From: a virus
Lineage: Duplodnaviria; Caudoviricetes
Length of the DNA stretch: 64,000 nucleotides
Virus record (IMG/VR): IMGVR_UViG_3300036713_000599
Reading direction: 5' to 3' (one strand)
The stretch's first letter is position 1; each line of letters begins with the position of its first letter. Below the pieces are notes generated by a model that was not told the origin of the DNA, did not search any database, and saw nothing but the letters and a program-made list of their open reading frames with translations. The position numbers and the translations under genes are program-made. Shown one piece after another: positions 37,221-47,060 of the stretch.

Positions 37221-37895
37221 GTGATTTCTCTTGGCCTTGACCCGAGTCTGACCGGCTTCGGTTGGTGTGTGCACAGGTCGGATGTTGTCGGTCCAGCTCG
37301 GGTCATCGCCAAAGGAGTGTGGGCTACGCCTGCGAGCCAGGTGTTTGTCTGGCGGTACATGTTCCTGCGGGATTCTGTGGACAAACTCGTGGGCACGTAT
37401 CCTGAAATTGATGGTGTTGGGGTAGAGTCTCCACCTTTCGGAGAGATGTGGAGCGAAGGCCTCTATGGGCTTTTCCTGTATGTCGTAGAAGCGCTTTTTG
37501 TGCGGAGAAAAGATGTAGTATTTTTCGACCCCCAGACACTAAAGCGTCTTGCTAAGATGGATCCGAAGGTTCGGAAAGGTACGATGGATAAGCGGGATAT
37601 GGTTGAGGCAGCTAAAGCGGACACTCAGGTGAAGCGGTGGAACCACAATGAGGCTGACGCGTACCTACTTGCTCGATCAGCAGCCCGTTTCTGGGAATAC
37701 CAGCGTGGCTTGTTGGGCCACGAGGAACTAACACCTTCTGAGGCTCTCACGTTCTGTAGAAGTCGCGTGTTCCAAAAAGGGCCGCGTGCCGGAACTGTGG
37801 AAAAGAGAGGGTTAATTTTCAAGGAGGACGACCGATTTTTTCGGTTCTCGGTCCTCGATCCAAATGATGTTCTGACTGGAGTTCGTTTCGAGTAG
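37221..37895 (+). CDS. RuvC-like Holliday junction resolvase
   Basis: SLGLDPSLTGFG, VGVESP, GTMDKRDMV, HNEADAYLLA. Confidence 0.85.
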   Translation: MISLGLDPSLTGFGWCVHRSDVVGPARVIAKGVWATPASQVFVWRYMFLRDSVDKLVGTYPEIDGVGVESPPFGEMWSEGLYGLFLYVVEALFVRRKDVVFFDPQTLKRLAKMDPKVRKGTMDKRDMVEAAKADTQVKRWNHNEADAYLLARSAARFWEYQRGLLGHEELTPSEALTFCRSRVFQKGPRAGTVEKRGLIFKEDDRFFRFSVLDPNDVLTGVRFE

Positions 37896-37919
37896 AAAGG
37901 AACGACCAGAGAGGTTTAC

Positions 37920-39329
37920 ATGAATCCTCCTAAGAAGGCTCCTGTTAAGAAGGCGGCCACGACGGCTCTCGCCAAAAAGACGGTGAGTACGAAGGTCGCC
38001 AAGAAGGTTAATAAGAAGTCGGAAGGGTTGATGGCTGTTATCCAGGCGTCCATCCTCAAGGACACTGGAGAGAAGCCCGTAAAGGCGTCATACAACACTC
38101 CGACACCTCACGTACCGTCAGGGAACTTGTTCCTTGACCACACTATTGGCGGTTCTCTCACTCTCGACGGCAAACATCGTGTCTGCCCTGGATACCCTAG
38201 ACGTCGGGTGACTGAGATATTCGGGGACGCCGGGTCTGGTAAGACAACGACAGCCCTTCAGGCTGTTGCGGAGGTCCAGAGACTTGGCGGTACCGCGATG
38301 TTTTTGGACTTTGAGCAAGCCATTGATCACAAATACGCGAAAGCGATCGGGGTCAAGTTTGATCAGTCTAAGCTCCTTCTCTACGGTCCTCGGACTTTGG
38401 AAGAGGGGTTCAAAATGATGTTCTTTGGTATCATGGGTGGTGTCGATCTGATTGTGATCGACTCTGTGGCCGCCATGACTCCCAAGAAGGAGTTGGAGAG
38501 AGATATCGATGACGAAGACCTCGTGGGTATCCAGGCTAAGAGGATCTCCACCTTGATGAAACGTGTGATCAATTCATGGTTACACGATCCTGCTGCGGTT
38601 AAGAGAAACGCGGAAGGTACTGCCATTCTCTGTATAAATCAGGAACGCAGTGCCATCGGAGGTATGGGTTCTAGCAAAAATACGGCAGGCGGTAAGGCCC
38701 TGAAGTACTACGCGTCCGTTCGTATGAACCTGTACAAGAAATCCGTAGAGTATGTGGAAAAGACGGACCCTCTCACAGGCAAAAAAAAGAAGTTTCCGTT
38801 CGGGACGCACACTGTTTGCAAAATGGTCAAAAACAAGATGGATTCTCGCCAGGGTCAGGAAGCCGAGTTATTCATCCGCTATGGTCACGGTATCGATGAG
38901 CATTACTCGGTCATTGCTGCTGCAACCAGCCATGGCATCGTGAAGAAGAAGACGGGTGGTATCTTTGATTACGGCCAGACGTCCATTCGCGGCCGGGAGA
39001 AGTTTCGTCTGTGGCTCAAGGAACATCCTCAGACTTTCCAGAAAATCAAGGAGGACGTCCTCAAGGCATTGGATGCGGCGGTCAGAGAGGTGGATTCAGT
39101 GGATGAGGACGAAGACGAGGACGACCTCACTTTGATGGCTGTCAAGGAGTTTGGTGAGGAGGATTCTGGAGACTACTCGGACACAGCGGAAGAGGAACGG
39201 GAGCCTGAGCAGGAGGTGACTCTTGATCCTGAGGAGATCGGTCCGGAGGAACCAGAGGACGATGCTCCCGGTACCATTGAACCACCAAAGGACGTCAGTG
39301 AGACATCTGGCGGTTTGAACGATGATTGA
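37920..39329 (+). CDS. recA: RecA/UvsX recombinase with acidic C-terminal extension
   Basis: GDAGSGKTT, DFEQAID, VIDSVAAM, GGKALKYYASVR, KNKM. Confidence 0.95.
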   Translation: MNPPKKAPVKKAATTALAKKTVSTKVAKKVNKKSEGLMAVIQASILKDTGEKPVKASYNTPTPHVPSGNLFLDHTIGGSLTLDGKHRVCPGYPRRRVTEIFGDAGSGKTTTALQAVAEVQRLGGTAMFLDFEQAIDHKYAKAIGVKFDQSKLLLYGPRTLEEGFKMMFFGIMGGVDLIVIDSVAAMTPKKELERDIDDEDLVGIQAKRISTLMKRVINSWLHDPAAVKRNAEGTAILCINQERSAIGGMGSSKNTAGGKALKYYASVRMNLYKKSVEYVEKTDPLTGKKKKFPFGTHTVCKMVKNKMDSRQGQEAELFIRYGHGIDEHYSVIAAATSHGIVKKKTGGIFDYGQTSIRGREKFRLWLKEHPQTFQKIKEDVLKALDAAVREVDSVDEDEDEDDLTLMAVKEFGEEDSGDYSDTAEEEREPEQEVTLDPEEIGPEEPEDDAPGTIEPPKDVSETSGGLNDD

Positions 39330-40560
39330 GTTCGAGATCAGAAATTTTCAGTCGATCAAACATACTCGGCTGAAAGTGGAGGGATTTCTCGCCCTTACCG
39401 GCCCTTCGAATATCGGTAAGAGTGCCATCATTCGAGCAATTCGGTGTTGTCTCACAGGTGCCGCGGGCACTGACTTTGTTCGACATGGGCCGGACTGTCC
39501 TCGTAGGAGAGGTAGGAAGAAGTGTAAGTGCTATGCTTCGGTGAGCATCAAGTTACCTGGTATGGTGGTGTTGTGGGAGAAAGGGGATGCAGTCAACCAG
39601 TACAAGGTGTGGAGGGGTGAGGCCTCTGAGCCTGAGGTCTTCAGTGCTGTGAATCGAGGGGCTCCTGAATTTCTTAGCCCAATGTTCGAGCCCGTTAAGA
39701 TCGGGGATAAACGGGAACTGGTGCAGGTAGCGGAACAGTTTGAGCCAATTTTTCTCTTGAAGCATAGCGGCAATACAGTTGCTGATGTCTTGAGTGATGT
39801 CGCCAACCTCGACGAAATTAATAAGGCGATGTCGTTGGCAACTAAGGATAGAAAGAATGCCGTAAGTACACGCAAGATCCGAGAAAAGGACATGGCTCGT
39901 CTTGACCAGGATCTAGTGAAGTATAAGGGCCTGGACGGAGTCGTACAGCGTGGGATTGAAGTGGAGGCACGCTACGGGGCCATAGAAGTGGCCCAGAATA
40001 AGCTTTTGGAGCTGGACAGGTATCGGAGCGTCTTAGGCAAGGTACTGCTTTCTGTTCAGGCTCTGAGCGACGCTACTAAGCCGCCTGTACCTGATGCCTC
40101 GAAGGTGCGGGAGGCTGCTTCTAGAGCAGCCGATTCCGACAGGTTTCTACAAAAGCTCCGTTCCATGGCTCCTGAAGTCCGTAGACTTAAAAACATCGGT
40201 CAGGTCAGGGACGTCGAAAGCAAACCTCTTCGTGAGGCGTATACCAGATTGGCCCAGCTAGACGGATGGGTCCAGAGGCTTCGGTCGTTCAAGAAAAATT
40301 CTTCTGAGATTGAAATGGTTCGACAAAAGATTGTACCGGACAAGAAATTTGTTGAAGAGGCCCTTGTTCGTCTGAAAAAAGTCGATTCTCTTTTGAGGAG
40401 GCATACTTCCGTTCAGGAGGAGATTTCCAGGCTGGGGGCGGAACTGAAGACAACCTTGGAGAGAGAGCAGGCCATAGTTCAAGAGTTTCGTGATATGGGA
40501 GTATGCCCTGCTTGCTCGCAGCCTGTCACAGCTGACCATTGCTTGAACCTTGGGGGTTGA
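39322..40560 (+). CDS. SbcC/Rad50 N-terminal half (Walker A, coiled coil, terminal CxxC hook)
   Basis: IRNFQSIKH, GPSNIGKSAIIRAI, C-terminal CPACSQP; no Walker B. Confidence 0.88.
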   Translation: MIEFEIRNFQSIKHTRLKVEGFLALTGPSNIGKSAIIRAIRCCLTGAAGTDFVRHGPDCPRRRGRKKCKCYASVSIKLPGMVVLWEKGDAVNQYKVWRGEASEPEVFSAVNRGAPEFLSPMFEPVKIGDKRELVQVAEQFEPIFLLKHSGNTVADVLSDVANLDEINKAMSLATKDRKNAVSTRKIREKDMARLDQDLVKYKGLDGVVQRGIEVEARYGAIEVAQNKLLELDRYRSVLGKVLLSVQALSDATKPPVPDASKVREAASRAADSDRFLQKLRSMAPEVRRLKNIGQVRDVESKPLREAYTRLAQLDGWVQRLRSFKKNSSEIEMVRQKIVPDKKFVEEALVRLKKVDSLLRRHTSVQEEISRLGAELKTTLEREQAIVQEFRDMGVCPACSQPVTADHCLNLGG

Positions 40561-40561
40561 C

Positions 40562-41536
40562 ATGGGTCGCCTGTCCTTCATTTTCCGTACCGACGTACAC
40601 GTAGCTGACCGAAATCCTGACTCGTGGAAGGCTGATTACCCTGCGGAGGTGTGGTCAAGTTTGGAACAGATCGGGGATTTGGCTAGAAAATACAAGACGG
40701 ACGCCGTCCTTGATGGAGGGGACTTCTTTCATGTCAAGGCTTCAACTCGCAACAGCCATGGTTTGGTGGCTCGGGCAGCGTCGATCCATTCAGCTTATCC
40801 TTGTCCTGTCTACCTGAACATTGGTAACCATGATGTGGCGTACAATAACCTGGATACTCTTGAACGACAACCACTCCAGGTGTTGTTTGCGGCTGGTGTT
40901 TTTCAGAGGATGTCTGACAACACTTTTGAGAGCGGCGGGACCAGGGTTCGAGTAGTAGGGTTCCCGTATAATCCTGCGAGGGCTGTAGACGACTTCAAGT
41001 CCGTAGAACGAGGGGACGAAGATGTCTTGATTTTCGTAATACATGCTCTAGCCACTGAAAAAGTATCCTCGCCCGAGGACTCGAAAGACTTCTTTGGTGA
41101 GGCTGTTTTTGAGTACAAGGACTTCGTTTACGAAGGTGGCCCAGACGTCGCCTGTTTTGGGCATTGGCACAAGGATCAGGGAGTGGTTCGAATTGACGAC
41201 CGTTATTTCGTCAATCCTGGTGCTGTGTCACGGGGCTCTTTGAACAACGAGAACCTGAAACGTGTGCCCCAGGTAGCCCTCATAGAGATAGAAGATGGGA
41301 AAGTGTCTGTCGGGACTATCCCGCTTCGAGTGTCTCCGGCCAAGGATGTCTTTGACCTGGTTCGGAAACAGAGACGGGAGCAGGAGGGGGCTATCATCAC
41401 TCAGTTCGTGGAGCGTCTTCAGAAGGAGATGGGCGCTTCTTCTGATGGGGACGTGACCAAGACGATCGAGGGATTAGGCTTTGCTCCGGAAGTCCGTAAC
41501 CGTGCTTTGGGTTATCTGGAGAAGGCGAGGAAGTAG
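40562..41536 (+). CDS. sbcD: SbcD/Mre11 nuclease
   Basis: TDVHV, DGGDFFH, GNHDV, GHWHK, NPGAVSRG. Confidence 0.9.
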   Translation: MGRLSFIFRTDVHVADRNPDSWKADYPAEVWSSLEQIGDLARKYKTDAVLDGGDFFHVKASTRNSHGLVARAASIHSAYPCPVYLNIGNHDVAYNNLDTLERQPLQVLFAAGVFQRMSDNTFESGGTRVRVVGFPYNPARAVDDFKSVERGDEDVLIFVIHALATEKVSSPEDSKDFFGEAVFEYKDFVYEGGPDVACFGHWHKDQGVVRIDDRYFVNPGAVSRGSLNNENLKRVPQVALIEIEDGKVSVGTIPLRVSPAKDVFDLVRKQRREQEGAIITQFVERLQKEMGASSDGDVTKTIEGLGFAPEVRNRALGYLEKARK

Positions 41537-42454
41537 ATGTACGTTTCGTACTCGGGTTTTAAGTTATTTAGTTCGTGTGCCTACGCTTATTGGCACCAAT
41601 ATGTCAACAAGACGGAGCTAGACGAACCTGACGACAGAAGCGGTTCTTTGTATGGTTCGATTATTGGGATAATTTTTGAGGATTTCTACAACGAGGAAAT
41701 GTGGCGCGACCCGTCCACAGTGCGGGAAAACCTCTCTCAGAAGGTCAGACACACAACAGATAAGGTTATTCGACAGGAGACCTCCCCCTCTTGGAGAGGG
41801 GCTGGCGGGGTAATCAGGTGGCGAGGCGAAGGGAAGGACCATAACCCTAAAGGTATGTACTCGAACAAAGAGGAGCTGATCGAGGACATTCGTAAATCGA
41901 TCCCACAGGGGCTAAAAACTATTAAGTTTGGTCGCTTTCTCGGCCCATACGCTCGGGCAGAGGTCCGGTTGGATCAGATCGTCCAAGGGCACAAGATCGG
42001 CGGTAGGGCCGATTTCATTATCCATCGCATCAAGCCTCATAACGATATCGTTATCATTGACGGCAAGGGCTCGAAATGGGGTGGTAAGTACGTAGACCCG
42101 CGACAGCTCTATTGGTACGGCATGTTGTACCAATTACAACATGGTCGGCTGCCAGACAAACTTGGATTTTTGTACTGGAGGTTCCCTCCCCCTCGCAGTA
42201 TAGATTGGGTGGAGTTTTCGGAGGCAGACACCGAGAGTTTGTTGGAGGAAGTCCTTTCGGCTATCGACAAGATCGAGGAGTTCTCTTCCAACATACCGGC
42301 GGGACTGGACTTTGTCGATCGAATGGATTGCGCCAAGAGACTATTCAAGCCCAAAGCCAATGAAAATAACTGTAGGTTCTGTCCGTACGCAACCCCCTCC
42401 TTGTGTACTTGGGGCGCGTCAGTTGCTCGGAAGATAAAATCTAAGAAGCCGTAG
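41537..42454 (+). CDS. PD-(D/E)XK (RecB/Cas4-like) nuclease
   Basis: SYSGFKLFSSC, GRADFI...IIDGKG, QLYWY, CRFCPY...C. Confidence 0.85.
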   Translation: MYVSYSGFKLFSSCAYAYWHQYVNKTELDEPDDRSGSLYGSIIGIIFEDFYNEEMWRDPSTVRENLSQKVRHTTDKVIRQETSPSWRGAGGVIRWRGEGKDHNPKGMYSNKEELIEDIRKSIPQGLKTIKFGRFLGPYARAEVRLDQIVQGHKIGGRADFIIHRIKPHNDIVIIDGKGSKWGGKYVDPRQLYWYGMLYQLQHGRLPDKLGFLYWRFPPPRSIDWVEFSEADTESLLEEVLSAIDKIEEFSSNIPAGLDFVDRMDCAKRLFKPKANENNCRFCPYATPSLCTWGASVARKIKSKKP

Positions 42455-42474
42455 TGGCGGTGTAGGAGACTAAC

Positions 42475-42756
42475 ATGGCGACAATCACTCAGTTGAAACA
42501 GCGTGTCGAGAACGCTCTTGCTCGACACGCAAAGGTTAACCGGAAAAGGGATGAGTTGAGAGGTCAGTTAGAGGCCAGGAAGAAAGAGTTGGTCGAGATC
42601 GGTGAAGAGATACAGGCAGCTGGATTTGACCCTCGGCAACTCAAGCAGCAGAGAGATCAGGCCCACGAAGACCTACAGGAGCTTCTCGTCTCGTTTGAGC
42701 AGGACATGCAGGAAGTGGAGTCAGCTCTTGAAGAGTTCGAAAAGGAGAAGAGTTAA
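42475..42756 (+). CDS. Small coiled-coil protein
   Basis: Heptad-rich 93 aa; GGTGTA-N10-ATG. Confidence 0.75.
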   Translation: MATITQLKQRVENALARHAKVNRKRDELRGQLEARKKELVEIGEEIQAAGFDPRQLKQQRDQAHEDLQELLVSFEQDMQEVESALEEFEKEKS

Positions 42757-44016
42757 ATGAAAATTAAGGTGGAGAGTAAGACCCTCAATGAGGCCCTTGG
42801 GGTCGCTAGTCTGGTTCCGCCCACGACGATAGTTTCGTCGTCGAATTCAGCGTCTGGGCAAGGCTCTGGTTATCTTTTTGAGGTCAAGGACGGTAAGTGT
42901 TCCATCCATAGTCGCGACCAGACACACCGTGTGAAGGTCAACGTCCCTATCCTTGACGCTGAAGGAGACGGGCTCTTTATTTGCCCTTTGGCTATTGTGG
43001 GAGGGCTTAAGTACTTGGATGGTTGGATTGACATTGAGTTTGGTCACAACAAAGATGAGGATTTATATTGGCTGAAGTACACAACAGAAGGGGGAGCCAC
43101 CTCTGAGGTCTCGACCTTTGACCCTCGTTTAATGAAGACAATAGACGATGAGATCTCTGGTGACACCTACGAGGTTCCTTCTGCCATTCTTAAAGATGCT
43201 CTGGTGTGTGTCAACGCTCATGTTGCGACCGCGAACAACGACAGAGTGGGTGAGGTCTACAAGACGCTCCAGTTGTTTGATGCCTCACTTAGTGGCGGCG
43301 ATGGCACTATGTACGGGGCCGACAATATTCGAACATGTTACTACTACTCTCCTACCTTGTGTGGTAAGGTGTTCTCCATCAATACTCGCCATGTTGGTTT
43401 GGTGACTTCTTTCCTGTCCAAGTTCAACGGTTCGGCGATGAAGATCCATATGGGAGAGGCTGTTCGGTTTGTCGAAGCTCCGGATGGATCAGCAGTAGGG
43501 TGGGCCGGTTCAGTTGAGGAACATAAACGGTTTCGGTACTACGCGTACAAGAATGACAGGTATGTCCTGGCGATTCCCAAGACAGAGTTGGTCCGGGCTG
43601 TCAAACATGTGAGTGCGGGCAAGATCGAGAAGATTCGTGTCGAGTACAATCACGAGAACAGGTCTCTGCAGTTTCATGCTAGAGGTCCGAGTGGTTTGAT
43701 TTCCTCGACCCCTGTCGTCACTACCCCTCTTACCGAGGACGACGAAGAGTTTGGTGGCTTGGATGCTGATTCTAAGTCTTTCGGGGCCAACATTTCCACC
43801 GATCACATTAAGGGCATGATCGAACCTGTGAGAGGTCACCAGGTTATCCTTCGGGTGTTTATCATGCCGGAGAGTAAAAATCGCCGTGAGATGGCCCTTT
43901 TCAGGACGGTGGAGGAGTACCATCTCAACGACAACGGTAAGGAAGTCATTTCCGATGATGAAGGCGAGGAGGCCCACCTGTGTCGAGTAACGAGGTATGC
44001 TCCGTCGATGGGCTGA
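42757..44016 (+). CDS. Sliding clamp (DnaN beta-like)
   Basis: MKIKVESKTLNEAL resembles the DnaN N-terminus; 419 aa; repeated helix/sheet pattern; clamp-loader genes in the same block. Confidence 0.6.
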   Translation: MKIKVESKTLNEALGVASLVPPTTIVSSSNSASGQGSGYLFEVKDGKCSIHSRDQTHRVKVNVPILDAEGDGLFICPLAIVGGLKYLDGWIDIEFGHNKDEDLYWLKYTTEGGATSEVSTFDPRLMKTIDDEISGDTYEVPSAILKDALVCVNAHVATANNDRVGEVYKTLQLFDASLSGGDGTMYGADNIRTCYYYSPTLCGKVFSINTRHVGLVTSFLSKFNGSAMKIHMGEAVRFVEAPDGSAVGWAGSVEEHKRFRYYAYKNDRYVLAIPKTELVRAVKHVSAGKIEKIRVEYNHENRSLQFHARGPSGLISSTPVVTTPLTEDDEEFGGLDADSKSFGANISTDHIKGMIEPVRGHQVILRVFIMPESKNRREMALFRTVEEYHLNDNGKEVISDDEGEEAHLCRVTRYAPSMG

Positions 44017-44654
44017 GACAGCGTGTGCGTGCTGCGTCAGCCGAGAGTGTTCGGCTGACGACACTTCGCGACCGTCTTCAGGCCGAAAGAGACGCTAGGC
44101 AACAGGAAGTCGCTGAATTGACTGTCGAAATAGACATCCTGTCGAAGGTTGGGGAATTGTATCAGGTTCTGATGGACACTCTCATCGTGAAACAGATAGA
44201 GGCTGTCGAGGGCCTGGTTACAGAGAGCTTCCAGACAATCTTTGATGATCAGGACTTATCTTTCGAGTCCGAAGTGAGCCAGAAGTATGGCAAGGTGTCG
44301 ATCGACTTCTTTGTGCGCAGTGGGCCAAAGGACAATCCTCTCTCGCATCGCGGTAGGCCCCTTGAGTCTTTTGGGGGCGGCCCCACTAGCATGGCCTCGC
44401 TCATCATACGCTTGCTCACTATCGTCCGACTTAAGCGACACCCTTTACTGCTACTAGACGAGACACTTTTGGCTATATCGGACGAGTATGTTGCAGCCAC
44501 CAGCCAACTTCTCCGAGAACTTTCATCTAAGATGGGGCTGGATATAGTTCTCGTCACACACAAACCCTCATTTGCTGAGCACGCTGATCAGGCGTACCGG
44601 TGTTCTCGTGTTGAAGAAGGTGGCACGGAACACCTGAAGGTTAAGAGGCTCTGA
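43980..44654 (+). CDS. SbcC/Rad50 C-terminal half
   Basis: Coiled coil, signature SFGGGPTSMAS, Walker B LLLLDET, H-loop LVTHK. Confidence 0.88.
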   Translation: MSSNEVCSVDGLRQRVRAASAESVRLTTLRDRLQAERDARQQEVAELTVEIDILSKVGELYQVLMDTLIVKQIEAVEGLVTESFQTIFDDQDLSFESEVSQKYGKVSIDFFVRSGPKDNPLSHRGRPLESFGGGPTSMASLIIRLLTIVRLKRHPLLLLDETLLAISDEYVAATSQLLRELSSKMGLDIVLVTHKPSFAEHADQAYRCSRVEEGGTEHLKVKRL

Positions 44655-45274
44655 TGAGCGACCGTCAAGTTATCAAGGCACGTATCAGGCAACTCTTGTG
44701 TGAGGAATTGGACCGACGTGTGGACGAGGCCCAACAGAGAAGGCCTCGTTTGTGCGCGCATAACAGGGTTCAGTCGCTGGATAGTCGTAAAGAGATCTAC
44801 GGTGAGGTGAACGATGCTTACAATCGGATTGCTGTTGTTGGAAGCAATGTTCCCGTCAGCGAGACGATCGGGCTTTGTATGTTGGGCGCATCCGATATCG
44901 AACAATGGAAGGGTGCTGTCTGTGAGGACGACATGGACGCCATGAGGTGCCCGTATTTCTCACCGACAAAGACAAAGGGAGACATATGGGACGACTTCTG
45001 CCGGGACATATCTGACGCAGGCTGGGTTAGCCAGAACATGCCGGCGATCAGAGAACTCCTGTGGGTTGTGGGTGACCACCCTTTGGGCCTCCCATGGTGG
45101 AAGGATCTGTGGTACCGGTGGGTGCTTCGGATCAAGGTCGTTCCAGCTTTGCCTGTGTCTGATCCCGATCTTCTGCCTCCTGGTCTGGATGAACCACCAT
45201 TGTTGGAAATGCAGGATGGCGCAGGAAGACTGGTCCAGATTCGGAGGTCGAAGGATGAGGACGTCTGTTCTTGA
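44654..45274 (+). CDS. Hypothetical Cys-containing protein
   Basis: 206 aa; TGATG coupling. Confidence 0.7.
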   Translation: MSDRQVIKARIRQLLCEELDRRVDEAQQRRPRLCAHNRVQSLDSRKEIYGEVNDAYNRIAVVGSNVPVSETIGLCMLGASDIEQWKGAVCEDDMDAMRCPYFSPTKTKGDIWDDFCRDISDAGWVSQNMPAIRELLWVVGDHPLGLPWWKDLWYRWVLRIKVVPALPVSDPDLLPPGLDEPPLLEMQDGAGRLVQIRRSKDEDVCS

Positions 45275-45851
45275 GATTATTTTGGAGGTGGACAGGGTCC
45301 GACGTCGGGCAGCACCGGCCGGATTTTCTCTTCCTGTGCTTTTAGAGTATACAGATGACCTTAAAAATGCCCCTTTCTTGTCGACGAACACGAGAGGGGT
45401 GTTCCTTCAAACTAGGTTATCCCGGGAAGGGGTTGTTCGGTTCGCCCCCACTCTTTGTCCTCCTGAGCAAGAAGGGAGGCTTGTGGAGGAACTGGTGAAG
45501 ACGCTTTGGGCGATTTCTTGTCGCGAAGGCTGGGCTAATCGGTGTAGTGATCTCGGTGAAGCTCAAGATGTCATGTTGTCTCTAGGTGAGACACCGAAGG
45601 CAGTGGTCGTACCGCCCTCTGTTCTTGAGCAAGCTTGTGGTGAGAAGATGACGATCGAAAGAGCGGAGCATCTGATGGCAATGCAGGGTTACATTGCTCG
45701 AACAAAGGAAGGTTTGTTGGTTCTGTCTGCGGATCTTCCTGAAGGCCGAGCCTTTTTGGCGTCAGGTACGGTTGGGGCTTATGTTCGATCACACAATCAC
45801 GTCGGTGTCTTGATTCGTAGGGCCGACAGGTCCTTGGTGTTAGTGGGATGA
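45255..45851 (+). CDS. Hypothetical protein
   Basis: ATG 45255 in frame with track ORF 45066; coupled to the primase. Confidence 0.65.
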   Translation: MRTSVLEIILEVDRVRRRAAPAGFSLPVLLEYTDDLKNAPFLSTNTRGVFLQTRLSREGVVRFAPTLCPPEQEGRLVEELVKTLWAISCREGWANRCSDLGEAQDVMLSLGETPKAVVVPPSVLEQACGEKMTIERAEHLMAMQGYIARTKEGLLVLSADLPEGRAFLASGTVGAYVRSHNHVGVLIRRADRSLVLVG

Positions 45852-46561
45852 GCTGGATCAATACATTCATTGAGTACGCCCACGAACAGCTGACTGGTAG
45901 AGAGCGTGAAGCTCTTTGGTCACGAGGCGTGAGTGATGACCAAATCAGACTGTACCAGATCGGTTACGTCTCGAACGGTCTTCCCTGTGGCCTCGAAGGG
46001 GCCGACGTTTTACGCGAAAAGTACCAAAATACGGGATGGTTACGGGATGTTTTTGTTCTGCCTTTGACCAACACTCTTGGGCAGAACAAAGGATTTCAGC
46101 TCCGGCACGTAGAAGAAGAAAAGAAGGGTTACTCTCATTTCTCTGTTTACGAGGAAGAGCCTGTTCTGTTCGGTCTTGGTCAGGCCATGCGTGCAGCATG
46201 GGAAACCAGGTGCCTGTGGCTCACGGAAGGTGTTTTCGACTTGTTTCCTATTCAGCGGGTGTGCCCCAACGTGATCCCAACATTGACCAACCATTTGTCT
46301 GCGGAGACAGCTCGTTGTCTTCGTAGGGTCGTAGACGAGCTGTGGTTGGCGTATGATATGGATCTAGCGGGAAGAAAAGCTGCTGCTCGTGTCATCAGGG
46401 ATTACAGTGGGCAATTTAGTCGTATACATGATGTTGTTTTTCCAAGAGTTCCTAAATTTAGGGGAGGTAAGGTGAAGGACCCTAATGAACTATGGCTCGC
46501 CTGGGGGGACAACAAAGTGCAGAATTTTATCCGTAACCAGCTAGGAGAGTGTTATGCCTAA
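45848..46561 (+). CDS. DnaG-type primase catalytic core (TOPRIM), no zinc-binding domain
   Basis: RGVSDDQIRLYQIGY, LWLTEGVFD, AYDMDLAGRKA, KDPNEL. Confidence 0.85.
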   Translation: MSWINTFIEYAHEQLTGREREALWSRGVSDDQIRLYQIGYVSNGLPCGLEGADVLREKYQNTGWLRDVFVLPLTNTLGQNKGFQLRHVEEEKKGYSHFSVYEEEPVLFGLGQAMRAAWETRCLWLTEGVFDLFPIQRVCPNVIPTLTNHLSAETARCLRRVVDELWLAYDMDLAGRKAAARVIRDYSGQFSRIHDVVFPRVPKFRGGKVKDPNELWLAWGDNKVQNFIRNQLGECYA

Positions 46562-47057
46562 GACTTGGGAAGACGCTAAAGACTTGGAACACATTGCCTC
46601 AGGCCTCATCAGTGGCTACCATCCGGAGATCTCCACAGCTCGTATCCTGTACTGCTTTGTGAGTGAGGCTGGTTCAAAAGGGGGCCGCAAGATCCCAGGA
46701 AAGGTCCGTAAGTTCAGTGGGTTCATGGAGTGGGTCCTAAATAAGGACTTTGTCGTTGAGGTTGCTCTGGACATGTGGCTTGAGTTCGATCAGCAACAGA
46801 AGACAGCACTCGTGGACCACCTGCTGGAGAGGTGTTATGGGGAGGAGAACGAAGACTCCGGGGAGATTTCCTGGAAGCTTCGCGAGCCGGATGTCCAGGA
46901 ATTCGGTACAATCCTAAATCGTCATGGAGCCTGGAACTCTGATCTGCATACGTTCGTGAGTATATCTAGAGAGGTTGATCTCGATCAGATAATTGAGGAG
47001 GAAGGTCAAGTTGATCAACTGGAAGAGGAGACGGTACAGGTCGAGAACGAGAGGTAG
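46554..47057 (+). CDS. Phage metallopeptidase-like domain protein (degenerate site)
   Basis: ARILYCF...DFVVEV...W...ALVDHLLERC...PDVQEF; HExxH is replaced by HLLER. Confidence 0.55.
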   Translation: MPKTWEDAKDLEHIASGLISGYHPEISTARILYCFVSEAGSKGGRKIPGKVRKFSGFMEWVLNKDFVVEVALDMWLEFDQQQKTALVDHLLERCYGEENEDSGEISWKLREPDVQEFGTILNRHGAWNSDLHTFVSISREVDLDQIIEEEGQVDQLEEETVQVENER

Positions 47058-47060
47058 CGT

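Noticed and set aside
39050-39329. Long acidic tail of RecA as a separate domain
   Set aside because: Acidic disordered tails are common in phage recombination proteins; no specific motif
41537-42454. Cas4/CRISPR adaptation system
   Set aside because: No repeat-spacer array or other cas genes in the window; context is recombination
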